A stretch of DNA of 63,036 bases, filler included, from Syncephalis fuscata S228 (taxonomy: Eukaryota; Fungi; Zoopagomycota), in assembly GCA_025786725.1 (NCBI GenBank). It is 3 parts of 3 records of this genome, joined end to end, with 100 filler letters (N's around TTAATTAATTAA, not from the genome) between each part and the next. Parts side by side here need not be neighbours in the genome. Positions count along the whole stretch, not along the records: positions 1 to 28,146 come from JAHLTZ010000099.1; 2 more parts are not named here. One strand, given 5' to 3'. The position numbers and the translations under genes were made by a program. The notes beneath the pieces were generated by a model, which did not search any database, was not told the DNA's origin, and was given only the letters and a program-made list of their open reading frames with translations. Shown in pieces: positions 1 to 14,226 of the stretch; the stretch's first letter is position 1; the number at the start of each line of letters is the position of its first letter.

Positions 1-1254
1 ATGCAGTATTAAATGTAGTTACTTGTAATCTAGCCATTCAAGTATCAGTGACTTTAATTGAATACATGTACCAGTATTATAGTTTTAATAAACATAATAA
101 GCACAACATTAGACAACTAGTAATGGAGTCACAGTGTTATGTCGATTCAGCAAACACCTCATGCGCTTCTTTATTAATCTACCATTTCAATGTAATATAT
201 GTGTAATGCCCACCACCTCCCTCTTTATTACCACCACTTCAATCAAACCAAAGCATTTAGCAGATGCGCAATAGCAATGCCAGTTAGTGTTGGGTAATAT
301 AAACCAGATAAGTATATGTCCCATTTAGAATCCAGCCCAAACAATAGTACCAACGACAGTATACAGTATTGTTGTCGATGCTTGTGCCAACGAATTCTAT
401 AGTTGGTATTGTAAGTTGCATGCAAATATTTGTGCCCGATAACAAATGCAGTTTGATATACTTGTTGATCCGGCACCAATGCTTGAATAGCTATAATAAA
501 AGTGCGTTAGTATTGTTTAGTAGTAATAAGCACCTACATCTAGTTGATTGTTCCTTGCGTATAGTTTATAGTGTACACGAGTGTAGTTGTTTGTGTATTG
601 TTGTTATTTGTTATACAAATAAACTAGAAATGTTGTTAAAAGTTGTTAAACAAGATAGCAGCTAATGCAGCAACTATACGTCCACCTGGAGTACCGGCAA
701 TACTACGACTTGGGCGTAAGTAATATTTGTCGGATGCGTACAGCTCTATATTAGCTGCTATCTTGATGGCAATGCTGTTCAATAAATGTTATAAGATGTC
801 ATGGCAATTCAAGCGTAGCAATAAGCTGCACCAAACTATGGATTCACCCATTTGTAGTTGGTGTCTAGAGCTGAACACATGAACACCACAACATATTACA
901 ACTAAACAGCACGTTTCATATGCTGATGCACTATTAAGGTCTCAATATAGCATTAATACCAAGCTTCATTTATAAAATCCCGTGCTAATAACGCTAGCAC
1001 AGCGCATCATACACTATAGCCTGTTGCCAGGGAACGGGCATTTAAATGGTTTGATACTAGTGCTATATTACAATTTATAACCTGTGCCCACAAGTAAACA
1101 ATAGGTGATATATGGATACATCCACCCAGATAAACCACATATCACATCAATCTAGTGTGTGATGGCAGTGTTCAGCAAGTTGAACAATACCAACACACCT
1201 CCAGCGCGCGTTACAAACAGGTGAGCACTAACATATGGCCACCCATCACAGGTC

Positions 1255-1445
1255 GCCGCATCCATATGAGGGAAACACACAGCAATAACTGACTTGCTAA
1301 ATACTGTTGCTGCGCGCTCTAGCCTTTACAGGAGGGAGCATAGAGCAGTATTAAGCTAATACTGTGCGCCCTAGCGTCCCCCATGAGAGAGCGTGCAGCA
1401 ATACCGACTTATGTCCTATCACTGCACGCTCCAGCATCCCACATA
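1255..1445. repeat. Degenerate tandem array of about 60-bp GC-richer units with hairpin potential (3-4 units)
   Basis: Recurring ctg(c/t)(g/a)cgc(t/c)c..agc...gag(g/a)gagc(g/a)t..agca(a/g)ta units; cagcaata(a/c)c(t/-)gactt occurs twice. Confidence 0.5.
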
Positions 1446-2607
1446 TCTCCGCACTACACTAGTATACAGCCGCCTATTACGGGCAGCCATATAATTGTTG
1501 AGCCAGTATAATACAGCAGTCTGCAAATACTGTATTGCACATTCAACACAGCTCAAAAGCAAGAACACAGTATATCGTGATCAACCAACAAGGGGACCCC
1601 ACACCACTGGATGTAACTACTAGATTTAATGCTAACCATTAACAAACGGTTTACAGCACATTAACAACTAGAAACAGAAGAAGGCGAGATAATGAGCAAA
1701 AGTAAGCTCAACACAACCTTATAAACTTCAAAACATATCTACCAATTAGAATAGACAATATTGGTAAATAGTATGTGGCAACTGTTCATTGGCGTATTGC
1801 AACTGACTGACACCTTCTAATGTCAGATACCATCTTATCAGTAAATCGGATTATAATCCCTTTCTTGTTTCCATATTTGCTCACTTTCTGCCTTCCATTT
1901 GCCAATTATTTCTGTGCATAATCAGCATATCTACACTGGCTAGTTGAATCAATTGGCCATTGCGCCCGAAACATCACCTAATCGACCATATCAGCGGTAT
2001 TTTCCGGCACTAGCGGATACGCCCTTTTTTCAAAATGCTTTTATCATTTTGCACGCCATTAAATTGACTAATCCACACACAAATTTATTACTTTATTAGA
2101 TAAATAAAATGATTTGCCTTTTAAAATATGGTATATCACATAATTAACCAATTGAGTTTTAATGCTTTAAATAAAATAAAATAATTTATACGATATTACA
2201 AAATACATTAAAGTTAATTGAATGAAAACCGGAATAGATACGTAATCATATTACTTTCAAATGTCTATATAAAAACCGGAATAATGTAGCACATGCATGC
2301 ATGACCAAGTAATTATCTAAAATACCAATAAACATGACAGCTTGCTATACAATTTGTGAACCGTATTGTAATATCAACAAATATACTAGGCTATGACAGA
2401 TGTAGTATTAACATATTTGTAAAATAAAGTGTTATTATAAACATATTATTTTCATACTGATTGACATTGTAATACTGTACGTTCGTTTAAATACATGCAC
2501 GACGCAGTACATTGAGGCTTTTTGTTTTACTTGTTTCTTTATTCAACTTTTAACACGCTCTTTTATTGAACAACTGTTTATCGCCTTTTCTTGAAACTCA
2601 AAACGCC

Positions 2608-4849
2608 ATGAGTTCAACTATTAAAACACTCTCCAATGCTACTCCTACGATTGTTGCTCCTACGCCACAGCCAGACGCTCCTGCTGCGGCTGTAGCTCCT
2701 GCCACATTGCCACAAAATCCTTTAAGGGATGATGGCATGTTTTATTCAAGGCTTCCAGCTTGCTGGGATGCTTTATCAGAAGAAGAGCGCCAGAGCGCCA
2801 CTGGCTGGGTTGAGGTGTATGGTATTACATCACAAGGTATGTTAAAGTTATATTAAGTGTATATTCATTTAAACAATAATTACTTAGAATTTATGTTAAC
2901 TGCTGATCAAGAATTCCTTGTTGGAGCCAGTCAACACTGGTAAGTGACATCAATGTTCATATACAGCACTTAATTAACAATATGTCATATGTCAAATAGT
3001 GATTATCAACTGGATGCGGACGATATTCCACAGTCTTGTTTTAAAGTATCGGCAGTAAGTGAGCTATATACACTGATGAACTAGACTAACCATAAACTAA
3101 TACAGAACAACGATACTGTTATATGCACAGTAAGTGAATGGCAATTTAATTTTTTTATTACTAATCATTAGTTTAGAACATCAATGTGCCAAAGCTTATA
3201 GGTTAGTTTTTATAAGTAATAGCTAGTAAATTACTAACATTTGATTTAGTCAATAACGCTAGACTAAGCAGAAATGTTGTAGAGCAACATAACGACAGTT
3301 GCTTTATTACAATCCCCGGTTGTAAAAGTAAGTAATAACTATTTATTATTATTATTATTAACCACGAGTTGTAGCAACCTTTACCGTTCATAAACTCAAA
3401 CTTACTGGCTCAACACCAATAGAAGATAATATTCAATATGAACGAGTAAGTATATAAATATAGCTAAATATTAAAATAACATATTTATTAATATTATAGG
3501 TCATTCGCCCACGCTATATCATCCTTAATGGATTTATTGGCGAGTAAGTATTAAAACTAAATGAAACAACTGACTGATTAATTTATTGAAATAGTGGCCA
3601 ATTTGGTATAGTTCGTATTGGACTAGACCGCAACACGCTAGAGCGTGTTGCGGTCAAAATTTCGCCGTGCAATCGCGGCTATAGAAGCTTCAGAAGAGAG
3701 CTTCGCACCTTGAAAGAGGTGGGCGACCATCCACATGTCGTAAAACTGTTAGGGGAGGGAGCCACCGACCTAAATACGTACTTGTTTATTGAGTACGCAG
3801 CAGGCGGTGATCTGGGCAGCTATATTGAGCAGCACTTCCCCCTTCCAGAAATGGAAGTAAAATATATTTTCAAACAATTGCTTAAGGGAATTAAGGTAAG
3901 TATTTTTATAATTTAATAATTAAAACACTAACATTGTATTAGCATTTACATGACAAAGATATCATTCACGGTGGTAAGTAAGCTTTTATTAATTAATACA
4001 ATTACTAACTATTATTATTATTAATTAGACATTAAGGTGGTTATTTATTTAACTAATATTATACATCATTACTAACAATTAAATAGCCCGAGAATATATT
4101 ATTGGCGGCACACCATGAGTGGCCCAGAGTCATGCTTACTGACTTTGGGACAGCTCAGGTGGTGGGTTCCTCGGTGCGGCCCATATTTTGCGGCACCATC
4201 CCGTACATGGCGCCAGAAATGGTGCTATGTAGCGACCAGCGGGGTGATATGCTGGAACGCGCTAAAGCGTTTCCAGCTATTCACCGCCAACTAACATCGC
4301 CGCCATTCGATGTTAATGGATATGGTGTATCCATTGACATGTGGAGTTTGGGCGCCACATTATACGCGATGTTAACAAGTAAGTACAAATAAAATAAAAT
4401 AACTATACTAACTATTCTATAATACAATTAGAACAATTTCCCTATGGTCGACCAAGGGATTTCTTTATTTATATCAAGACCGTATTTACGGCACAGCTCA
4501 ATTTTGGGCAAGAAGCAGAACAAATAAGCAATGAAGGTAAGTCAACTACATATTTATTAGCAATAACTAACATTGCGCAGCGGTCGATCTAGTGAAGCGT
4601 CTACTGGACATCGACAGTAAAACACGCTTCACTGCGGATCAAGCATTAGACCACGACTGGTTTAAGGAAGAAGTACAAGAAGTAGTGCCAGCGGTAGAAG
4701 TAGAAGTTCCGCTGGAAGAAGAAGCACAAGAAGAAGTTGTGCCGGCAACAGAAACAGTACCAGTTGCAGAAGTGCAACAGCAGCCGGTATCTAAAAAACG
4801 GGTGCAGCCAGATCGTCAGGCTCGTCACGGCAAAAAGTATTATAGATAA
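2608..4849 (+). CDS. Multi-exon Ser/Thr protein kinase with N-terminal degenerate FHA-like domain (Chk2/Rad53/Mek1-like architecture)
   Basis: Spliced motifs GxGQFGIV, VAVK, HPHVVKL, EYAAGGDL, HGDIKPEN, DFG, GTIPYMAPE, DMWSLG and RFTADQALDHDWF; many GT-AG introns; stop at 4847-4849. Confidence 0.85.
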
Positions 4850-5029
4850 AAGGTAAGTAATTACTAACAATTAAACAAATCATTATACTAATTATTTAAA
4901 TACCTAGATGACAGTATATTACTCGCTTATTACTCGTTTGTTTATTTGAACAAATATATTATTTTTTATTTAGTATATAAATCATCGTTTCATTTTCTAT
5001 AATGCAATAAAAATAACATGCTTCATTTT

Positions 5030-5285
5030 AATGACTTTTATTCTTTTAATACATTCGCCATTATACTGAAACTGCGTTCTATAATAATGAGTAGTTTTTT
5101 GGGTGTAAAATGACTTTTATTCTTTTAATTGATCTTTTATTACATTCGCCATTATACTGAATATATGTTCTATAATAATGAGTAGTTTTGGGGGTAAATA
5201 ACTTTTATTCTTGATGCATTTATTCATTTACTATTAATCTGTTCTATGATGTACCGACATGTTGGGTAGATAGACTTTTATTATT
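5030..5285. repeat. Local tandem duplication of about 80-90 bp (3 diverging copies)
   Basis: tgacttttattcttttaat...acattcgccattatactgaa...gttctataataatgagtagtttt occurs twice, followed by a decayed third copy. Confidence 0.75.
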
Positions 5286-6421
5286 TCACACTCCATTTAT
5301 TAATCAATTAAACTCAACTGTCTATAAATATTGACTGACAGGTTTACATCTTACAATCTACGTCATCACATTTCCTTTCTCTTTCTTCACACTTGATAGC
5401 ATATATCCATTGCATATACTTGTACACTCCATATATACCATCTAAATAGTGTCAGTAGTTGACTGGCTACTAGTTATGTACAAACACTATTTACACTATG
5501 TACTTGCATTGCTCTTTTGTAATCTGACCTTTTTTTGCAAATCACTTTCATTGCTCTGATCGTTGCTTTTGGCAGCTTTATTGACACGGTAGGTGCATTC
5601 CTGGCTTGTTTTATGTTATTTTGAGCATATGCTGTGAAATCTCACTATATGTTTTATTTTTATTATAGATTGCAATTGCAGGTTATCTAACAGCAAATTT
5701 GCGAACAGCTACTGTTGAGACTGTGCAGTCTATTATTAGCATGATATGCAGTGGCAATCTATGGTAAATTAAATTATAAATAACTTTGGCAGCATATAGC
5801 CACTACAATAACCGTAATAGCTATACAAGTTGTTACTTCTTCATTTCTTTCTGGTATGTAGTCATTAGTGACTCTACAGAACTGCATTGACCTTACCAAT
5901 ATTGTTTTGTTTTTCTGAACCAGCATTATGACTGGCATGAAAATTTATGTTTAGTTGTTATAAATTCTCTCATTAGTTGCCTATTAATATACATTTAAAG
6001 CAAATACCATCCCTCTAGATTCGTAGGTAAGCAATACTACATTTTATTGAATTTGCATATTATTAGCAGACGTAAGCAATGCAACGTAAATAGTCGTTGA
6101 AGTGTCCATCGCCCATTGTTTAACAAGAATATAGACAGTTAAAACTATATTGTTGTTATAAATGACTGAAAATGCCACACAATAAAAGTTTATTTTTTAT
6201 ACATCAATCTATCGTCTATACAGCTATCACTCTATGTGTGCGCTGTTGTATAAATTTAACGATAAAATATTACTATTTGTGTCTATATTTGCTTTGGTCT
6301 TAAAAATAAATAAATAAAATGATTATTATTCATCAATATACACTAATTACAAATAGTACACGATATAGTAAATTTGAATACGTATTGTTTATCCTTAGAT
6401 TAGCCAATATTACGAGCAATA

Positions 6422-9400
6422 CTAGTCTTTGACAATATGAGCAATAAGGTCGCCTGCTACCAATGAGTCATTTGCTGCAACCAAAATACGTTCAACTCGG
6501 CCGGATACTGGAGCAGAAACAACGGTTTCCATCTTCATGGCGCTTAATACACAGATAGGATCACCGTCATTAACATGGACGCCCTCTGTATTATATTGCA
6601 ACTGTATCAATAACGGCAATCATAAAATACTATTGATTAACTTACCTTTCACGCGTACTTCAACAACAACACCCGACATTGGACAGCCAATATCTCCTGG
6701 CTCATTAGCACTGGCCTTTTCGCGCTGTACATGCTCAATCGCTATTGTAATAATGTCAGTCGATCATCAATATATAAACATGAATAATGTATTCAACTTA
6801 CCGGCATTCTTATCATCAATACCAACGACACGGGTCTCACCGTTTAATTCAAAGAATACGTCACGTAATCCAGTATGGGAGTTAAGTGGGCCGATGGCTA
6901 ATAGCTTAATAATAATAATCTTGCCCGGCTCAAGTTCGACTTCAAATTCTTCGTTGATATGTGGCTTGGCCAAAAAGTATTGCGTTGGCAGTAGAGAAAG
7001 ATCGCCATACTTTTCAACAACCTCTTGGAATTCATCGTATACTTTAGGATAGAGTGCAGCACTAATCACATCAACATCACGCACATGTCGTCCATTATGG
7101 GCCTTTTCAAGCTTGACTTTTAATGATTCAAAGTCAAATGGCGCCATAGATTCGCCGGGACGACCTTCAATAGGTGGCAAGTTTTTAATGATCTATAGAC
7201 ATAGTATATTAGATTAGATTAGCCAAGTGTATACTCATTGATTTGTATAATAAATACTTACATTTGAACGAAGTGGTTCAGGGAATCCACCAACTGGCTG
7301 GCCCAATTGACCCTGGAAGAATTCAACAACTGAAGTAGGGAACGATAAACTACGTGCTTTCTCCTTGACTTGCTCAGCTGTCAACTTGTTTGACACCATA
7401 AACTGAGCCAAATCACCAACCACCTTAGATGATGGCGTGACCTTAACAATATCACCACAGAGGTCATTGGCCGCACAGTATGACTTCTTTACTTCTTCCC
7501 ATTGTTCACCAAGACCAAGAGACTGAGCCTGGAAAAGTAGATTCGTATATTGTCCGCCCGGCATTTCATGCTCATAGACACCTGAATCGTTACTCTTTAG
7601 TCCAGGATCAAAGCAGCTGTAGAGCATGCGGATCTGTTCCCAATAAGCATTGATAGCCTGTATATCGGCATGTCTAATACCAGTATCAAGGGAGGTGCCT
7701 TGCAACGCAGCAACAATTGCTCCCATAGATGGCTGCGATGTTAAACCAGACATGCCTAATTGATAAATTAATAAATAACTTATTATATTGTATTACATTC
7801 AAGTGACGACTTACTATCAACGGCCACATCAACAACATCGGCGCCAGCTTCGGCAGCAGCCAACATACTGGCCACACCTGTACCAGCCGTGTCGTGTGTA
7901 TGTACATGAATTGGCAAGTCAGGGAACTTTTCACGAATGGCCTTTACTAGCATGGTAGCAGCTCGTGGTTTTAATAAACCGGCCATATCCTTAATACCCA
8001 ATACATGAGCACCCTCCTTGACAAGTTGTGCCGTTAAATCAAGATAGTAATCAAGATTGTACTTTGTCTTTTGTGGATTAGATACATCACCTATAAAACA
8101 TTAATAATAAGTATAGCAATAGTAATAATTGATTAGTCAAATTAATCATAATTCAAGTGATTAACGTACCAGTGTAGCAAATAACTGCTTCAATAACACC
8201 GCCTGCTTGTCGTACAGCATCCATACCAAGTTTGAGATTTTCCATATAATTCAAGCTGTCGAACACACGGAATACATCAATACCGTATGATCGGGCCTTT
8301 TTACAGAATTCATAGGTCACATTATCGGGATAGGATGTGTAGCCGACTGCATTGGCGCCACGTAGTAACATTTGGAATGGAATGTTTGGGCAAAGTGCAC
8401 GTAACTTCTTTAGACGATCCCATGGATCTTCATAAAGGAACCGCATAGCTACGTCAAATGTCGCACCGCCCCACATTTCCATACTAAAGGCATTCTTAAA
8501 GGCATGAGAAGAAACGACAGCTACACGGGCAATGTCAATTGTACGGAGTCGTGTGGCCAGTAAACTTTGATGTGCATCACGCCACGTTGTATCCATAATC
8601 AATGTACCCGGGTGCTTTCGAATGGCTTGAGCAAATGCTTCAGGTCCATTTTCAAGCAGTATTTTACGCCAACCTTCTGCGCATGGCTTTGTCGTATCGG
8701 GCAAAAGATCATTAGGACCACTGCTGCATGGTGGCGGCAACACAGGGATTCTTAACTTTTCTCTATAAGTAGGTTCGCCCTATTAATAGCTGATTAATAA
8801 GCGGACCATATGTTAATAAAATTAAGCTGCTAGAACCTACCATTTGTCCTTTAATACTGCTACCATTGACGGCAAGATCGCCAAGGTAGGCAAGTAAACG
8901 CTGGGCACGGTTAAGATTGGGAACAAGGTCGAATAGTTCCGGTGTATCATCGATAAACGTCGTCCAACAAATACGCTCACGGAATGTTTCGTGCTGAATA
9001 AGTTGTTGTAAAAATGAAGTGTTGGATTTAACACCACGAATACGAAACTCGGTTAAGGCACGGAAGACACGGTCTACAGTTGTTGAATAGTCCATGCCAC
9101 GGCAGGTCAACTTGACCAACAACGAGTCATAGTGTGGCGTGATTATACTGCCGGCAAAGCCACTTGCACCATCAAGTCGAACACCTGGACCGCCTGCCGA
9201 TCGATATACCTCAATTCGTCCAGTATCTGGCTGGAAGTTTTGCTGCGGATCTTCAGTCGTAATACGACATTGAATAGCATAGCCGCGTAGTTGGATTGAT
9301 TCTTGAGTTAAATTTAATTCAGGCAATGTCACGCCAAAGGCGATTCGCAATTGAGCAGCAACAATATCAATGCCAGTAATTTCCTCTACACACATTATAT

Positions 9401-10664
9401 TAATTCATTGATAACATATCTATATTGTTCACTTTATACCCCTTACCAGTAATGGTATGTTCCACTTGAATACGTGGATTAATTTCGATGAAATAATGGC
9501 GGCCATTTTGGTCAAGTAGAAACTCGGCTGTGCCAGCATTTCGATAATTAACATAACGAGCCATTTTAACGGCATCGTCTAGAATGGCTTGGCGTATTTT
9601 TTCCTATTAATTATAAATTGTATTGGTGTCTATTAATTAATAAAGCACATCTTTTGGCTTAGCGTAAATACTATTCTACTTACATCAAGGAATCGAGCTG
9701 GAGCAATTTCAACTACTTTTTGATGACGACGTTGAACGGAACAGTCACGTTCAAATAAGTGAATTACGTTGCCGGCACTATCGGCCAATAGTTGTACTTC
9801 GATATGACGTGGCCGTTCAAGGAATCGCTCAATGAACACAGTACCATCGCCAAATGCGGCCAGTGCCTCGCTTTGAGCCCGTTCAAATGCATCTGCTAAT
9901 TCAGACTGGGCATTAACTACACGCATACCGCGACCACCACCGCCCATAGCAGCCTTGATGATGATAGGAAAACCATGTTCGGCACAAAATAACTCGGCTT
10001 CCTTTAATGATTTTAGGGGTCCTGGTGTACCTGGAATAACCGGCACACCACACTCGATAGCTATTCAAATATCATCAACGTGCAAATTAGTACTTAGTTG
10101 GATCTATATCCCGTTGGTGTATTGATAACATAAATATTTCCCATTTCATTAAGCTTTTAAAAATAGCCCGGAACACACTTGCCGCTTTCCGTTATCAGGT
10201 CCGCAGACCAATCAACGTGCGGCTTGTCATAGCTTCTTACCAATTTGACGAGCTCGTGTTTTATCGCCTAGCTTCTCGATGACATCAGCCGGTGGCCCGG
10301 CAAATGCAATACCGGCTTGCTCGACCTTTCGTGCAAACTCGGCGTTTTCTGACAGAAAGCCATAGCCTGGATGGATAACATCGACGCCCTGTTGCAAGGC
10401 AATACGAATAATTTCGTCCTGTGCTAGATAGGCACCTACTGGACTAAGCTCTCCTGGCTTGCTAATCATGAAGCCGCCATCAGCGTGCGAACGATGTAGC
10501 GAAAAGCGATCCTCATAACTGAATATCGCTACAGTGCGCAGACCAATCTCGTGAGCAGACCGGAAAACGCGTGTGGCAATTTCACCTCGATTTGCAACTA
10601 GTACTTTAGAGTTTACGCTAGCACCACTGCTACGTCGACGAATACTTTCCACGGTCGGTTGCAT
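6422..10664 (-). CDS. PYC1: Pyruvate carboxylase (multi-exon)
   Basis: [30 protein letters not shown] (biotin carboxylase); RDAHQSL, WGGATFD, HVHTHD (carboxyltransferase); AMKM biotin-attachment motif. Confidence 0.97.
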
Positions 10665-11444
10665 GTTAATGGCGCGCGTTATTCCTGAGATAGACGGACT
10701 AAACCAAGCTAATGGTAAAAGACAATCCTTATTAGTAACCGTGGCTATTATGCAGGCTAAAGAGTCGCTACAAGAAAGTAGAGACCGCTATATACCACGT
10801 TGAAAGAGTAGAGAAGAGATGAAGGAATACAAGTAGTGGTAGAGAAGAGATAGCGGTTGAAACGGGTGGTTTAGAAAGTAAAGAGAAAAGAAGCAGTAAC
10901 AAGCCTTCTAGACGTGGCAATATATTGTATCATGTGACCATGACGTTGCCATGATTGAATCCAAGTTGTTCCAGCTAATTTATATTAGCTAAATACAACT
11001 TATTGACAACTAACTGATTAACGATAATATATAATATATAATCAAGTTGGTGAAGCTACTATTGATTAAATCTTATTACTAATTACAAGTTTGAGTAGAT
11101 GGGAATTTTATTAGGTGCAGCTATTTAATATTACTCCAAATCTATTGTGATGATTTAAATTCTCTTTTATAATACATATAAACATGTACAGTATATCTAT
11201 GTAATTTATAAGCTATAAAATCTATTTATTAGCTTAGTATCATACTTTATTAATACTTTTAAATAAAACTAGCAAATATATATGGATTAATTTGCATTAT
11301 TGCTATTACCAAATGCATGTTAAAATGCAGTGCACAATTAAAATTACAGATTTTGGCCAATTAAAAGATTTCATCGATCTCACCTGCCTTTCTTTCAATT
11401 GTCTACACTTTTACTCTTGTTTGATACACATAGTCTATCTAGCA

Positions 11445-13413
11445 ATGGCTGACTCTCAATCAGCGTCTACCGCTACTAAATCGGAAACGACTACCACGTA
11501 AGTTGATCAGAATGTAGCTATTAACGGCACACCTACTGAACTGTGGTGAAAATTCAGCACGGCGAAAGAACATGAACAAGTTGTCACGCCCTGGGATGTA
11601 AGTAGAATTTGCGTGGTATATTTAAATCTGTAATAATCTCTTTATTATACTGGGAGTATAGGTTGAAGGCGCTGTAGTGGATGGCCAGGCACAAGCAATT
11701 GATTATGACAAACTGGTTATTCAGTTTGGTACTCGTTCAATTGATGCTGCTTTGCTAGAACGCTTTGAGAAGTTGACTGGTAAAGCGCCACATATGTTTT
11801 TACGCCGTGGTATCTTTTTTTCTCATCGGCAAGTATTGCTTGATAAGCACATTTGTCATTTTTATATTAATTTTTTATTATTGTTATTATTAACAATAGT
11901 GAATTGACTCGTGTATTGGATCGATATGAACAGGGCAAACCATTCTACTTGTATACAGGTCGTGGTCCAAGCAGTGCTTCAATGCATCTTGGTCATATGA
12001 TTCCATTCATATTTTGTAAATGGTTACAGGATGTTTTTGATGTGCCACTTGTTATTCAGCTAACTGGTAAATATACAGTTTATAATTAATATGAGCTTAG
12101 TAATAAGCTGTTCTAATAGATGACGAAAAGTTTTTGTTTAAGAACAATCTGACTATTGAGGCATGCTTACAATATTCACGAGATAATGCCAAGGATATTA
12201 TTGCCGTAGGATTTGATCCAAAGAAAACATTTATCTTTTCCAATTTATCACATGTTGGGTAAGTAGAATATTAATAGATTAATAGATTAATAATAATGGT
12301 AATTAGTGGTGCATTTTATCATAATGTTGTCAAGGTATCTCGTTGTATTACATCCAGTGCCTCAAAAGCGACATTTGGATTTACGGATAGGTAGAATAAA
12401 TGAGCGATTGTTTATATAAATACTAATTATTTGATTTTATTAGCGATTGTGTAGGCAAACTGCACTTTGTGGCTGTTCAAGCTACACCATCATTTTCCAA
12501 TTCATTCCCTCATATCTTTGGCGAAAAGAAGGATATTCCATGCCTTATTCCATGTGCTATTGATCAGGTAGATATTCTATAATAATGTATTCAATAGACA
12601 GTTACTAACTAGAAAATAGGATCCATACTTTAGATTGACTCGAGATGTGGCACCTCGACTAAAATATCAAAAGCCTGCTTTGATTCATGCCAAATTCTTC
12701 CCGTCATTAAAGGTTGGCACTTTAATGATATTCAAATATACTGAATCTAATATTATTATTATTACTACTATTAGGGACCACAATCTAAAATGAGTGCATC
12801 TGATGATTCATCCGCCATTTTCATGAGTGATACACCTGCCAAGATTAAGAACAAAGTAGCTTATTAATAGTAATTACTCATATTGTGTTATTAATAATGT
12901 ATTGTAGATTAACCGATATGCATTCTCCGGTGGCGGTGACACCATTGAATTACATCGTGAACACGGTGGTAATCCCGATGTTGATGTGGCTTACCAATTC
13001 CTTGGCATGTTTTTGGATGATGATGCCGAATTAAAACAAATTCACGATGTAACTAGCTGAAATCAATTACTAATCACAATGTAGCTTACATGAAAACTGT
13101 AGACTTATCGTACCGGCGAATTGTCCACCAGTGAATTAAAGAAACGCTGTATCGAAGTGCTTCAAGGCATTGTTGGCGATTTCCAAGAGGCAAGAGGCAA
13201 CAAATACATCATCTACATTATAAACTAATACATTTGCTTACTCTACAGAAAAAGGCCCAAATTACCGATGCAGTAATTAGTCAGTTTATGGATGCATCTA
13301 AACAGATGGAATGGTCCGTTGCCAAAGCAGCTGCCAGCACTGCCCCAACCAGCGTAAACACTGCTTCGGATAGCACGAATCTTGAAACGGAAATTAAAGT
13401 TATTGCATCTTAG
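11445..13413 (+). CDS. WRS1: Cytoplasmic tryptophanyl-tRNA synthetase (multi-exon)
   Basis: [49 protein letters not shown] and YAFSGGG motifs read across introns. Confidence 0.96.
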
Positions 13414-13643
13414 CTGACAATAAATGAACATGACTCATTATTCGCACGTTCGGAGAAATTCTGGATGCCGAGTGTATAAAATTGATCGATTTGATTCCTA
13501 CAAATTCTACACAAATAAATACATTCATCACAACGCGGTACACATCACATTCTATTGTTATTTTTCACTTTTCCAGATCTCACTTTTGAATTGCATTTAG
13601 CAATCGCTGCTACTACTACCACTACTACCACTACACATTCAGT

Positions 13644-14226
13644 ATGGCTCGTCGTCGTTCCGCCCCTATGCAGCAGCGCCGTTCGGCATCTACTATGGCT
13701 GCGCCAGCTCGTGCTGCACCTGCACCTCCTCCACCAGCTAGATCGGCTGCTGTAGCTCCACCGGCACCGACCGCACCCACTGCTACTGCCGCCGCACCTT
13801 CTCAAGGTCCAGGTCTTTTTGCTCAGGTAAGATTCATTGATGATCGTTATTAGTCATAATAATGACACAGTATGGAAATTCAAAACTTACTCTATTGATC
13901 TTGCGCGATGACGTATTTAGATGGCATCGACAGCGGCTGGTGTTGCCGTAGGTTCGGCAGTTGGCCATACCCTTGGTGCCGGTCTTACCGGTATGTTTAG
14001 CGGCAGTGGTAGCGAGGCAGCTCCCGCTCCAGCGGCCGAACAGCCTGCTCCTCAGCCATACTACGCACAAGCCAACACGACAACATCGTCGGTAGGCGCT
14101 ACTTGCGAGGCAGATGCACGCGCTTTTACGCGCTGTATCGAACAAAACAACGGTGATATGAATTCCTGTCAGTTCTATTTTGATATGCTTCGCCAATGCC
14201 AGCAATTCCAGGCCAATAGCATGTAA
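13644..14226 (+). CDS. MIX17: Mitochondrial intermembrane-space CHCH protein (Mix17/CHCHD2/CHCHD10 family), 2 exons
   Basis: Arg/Ser/Ala/Pro-rich N-terminus, GLFAQ|MASTAAGVAVGSAVGH hydrophobic motif, twin CX9C; intron 13827-13920. Confidence 0.92.

Noticed and set aside
5470-5920. Intron-like signals around hydrophobic codon runs
   Set aside because: No consistent open spliced frame could be built; at most a decayed gene.
6537-7052. 171-aa plus-strand ORF and similar antisense ORFs (40714-41244, 47843-48220, 57620-58661)
   Set aside because: Shadow ORFs opposite real genes.
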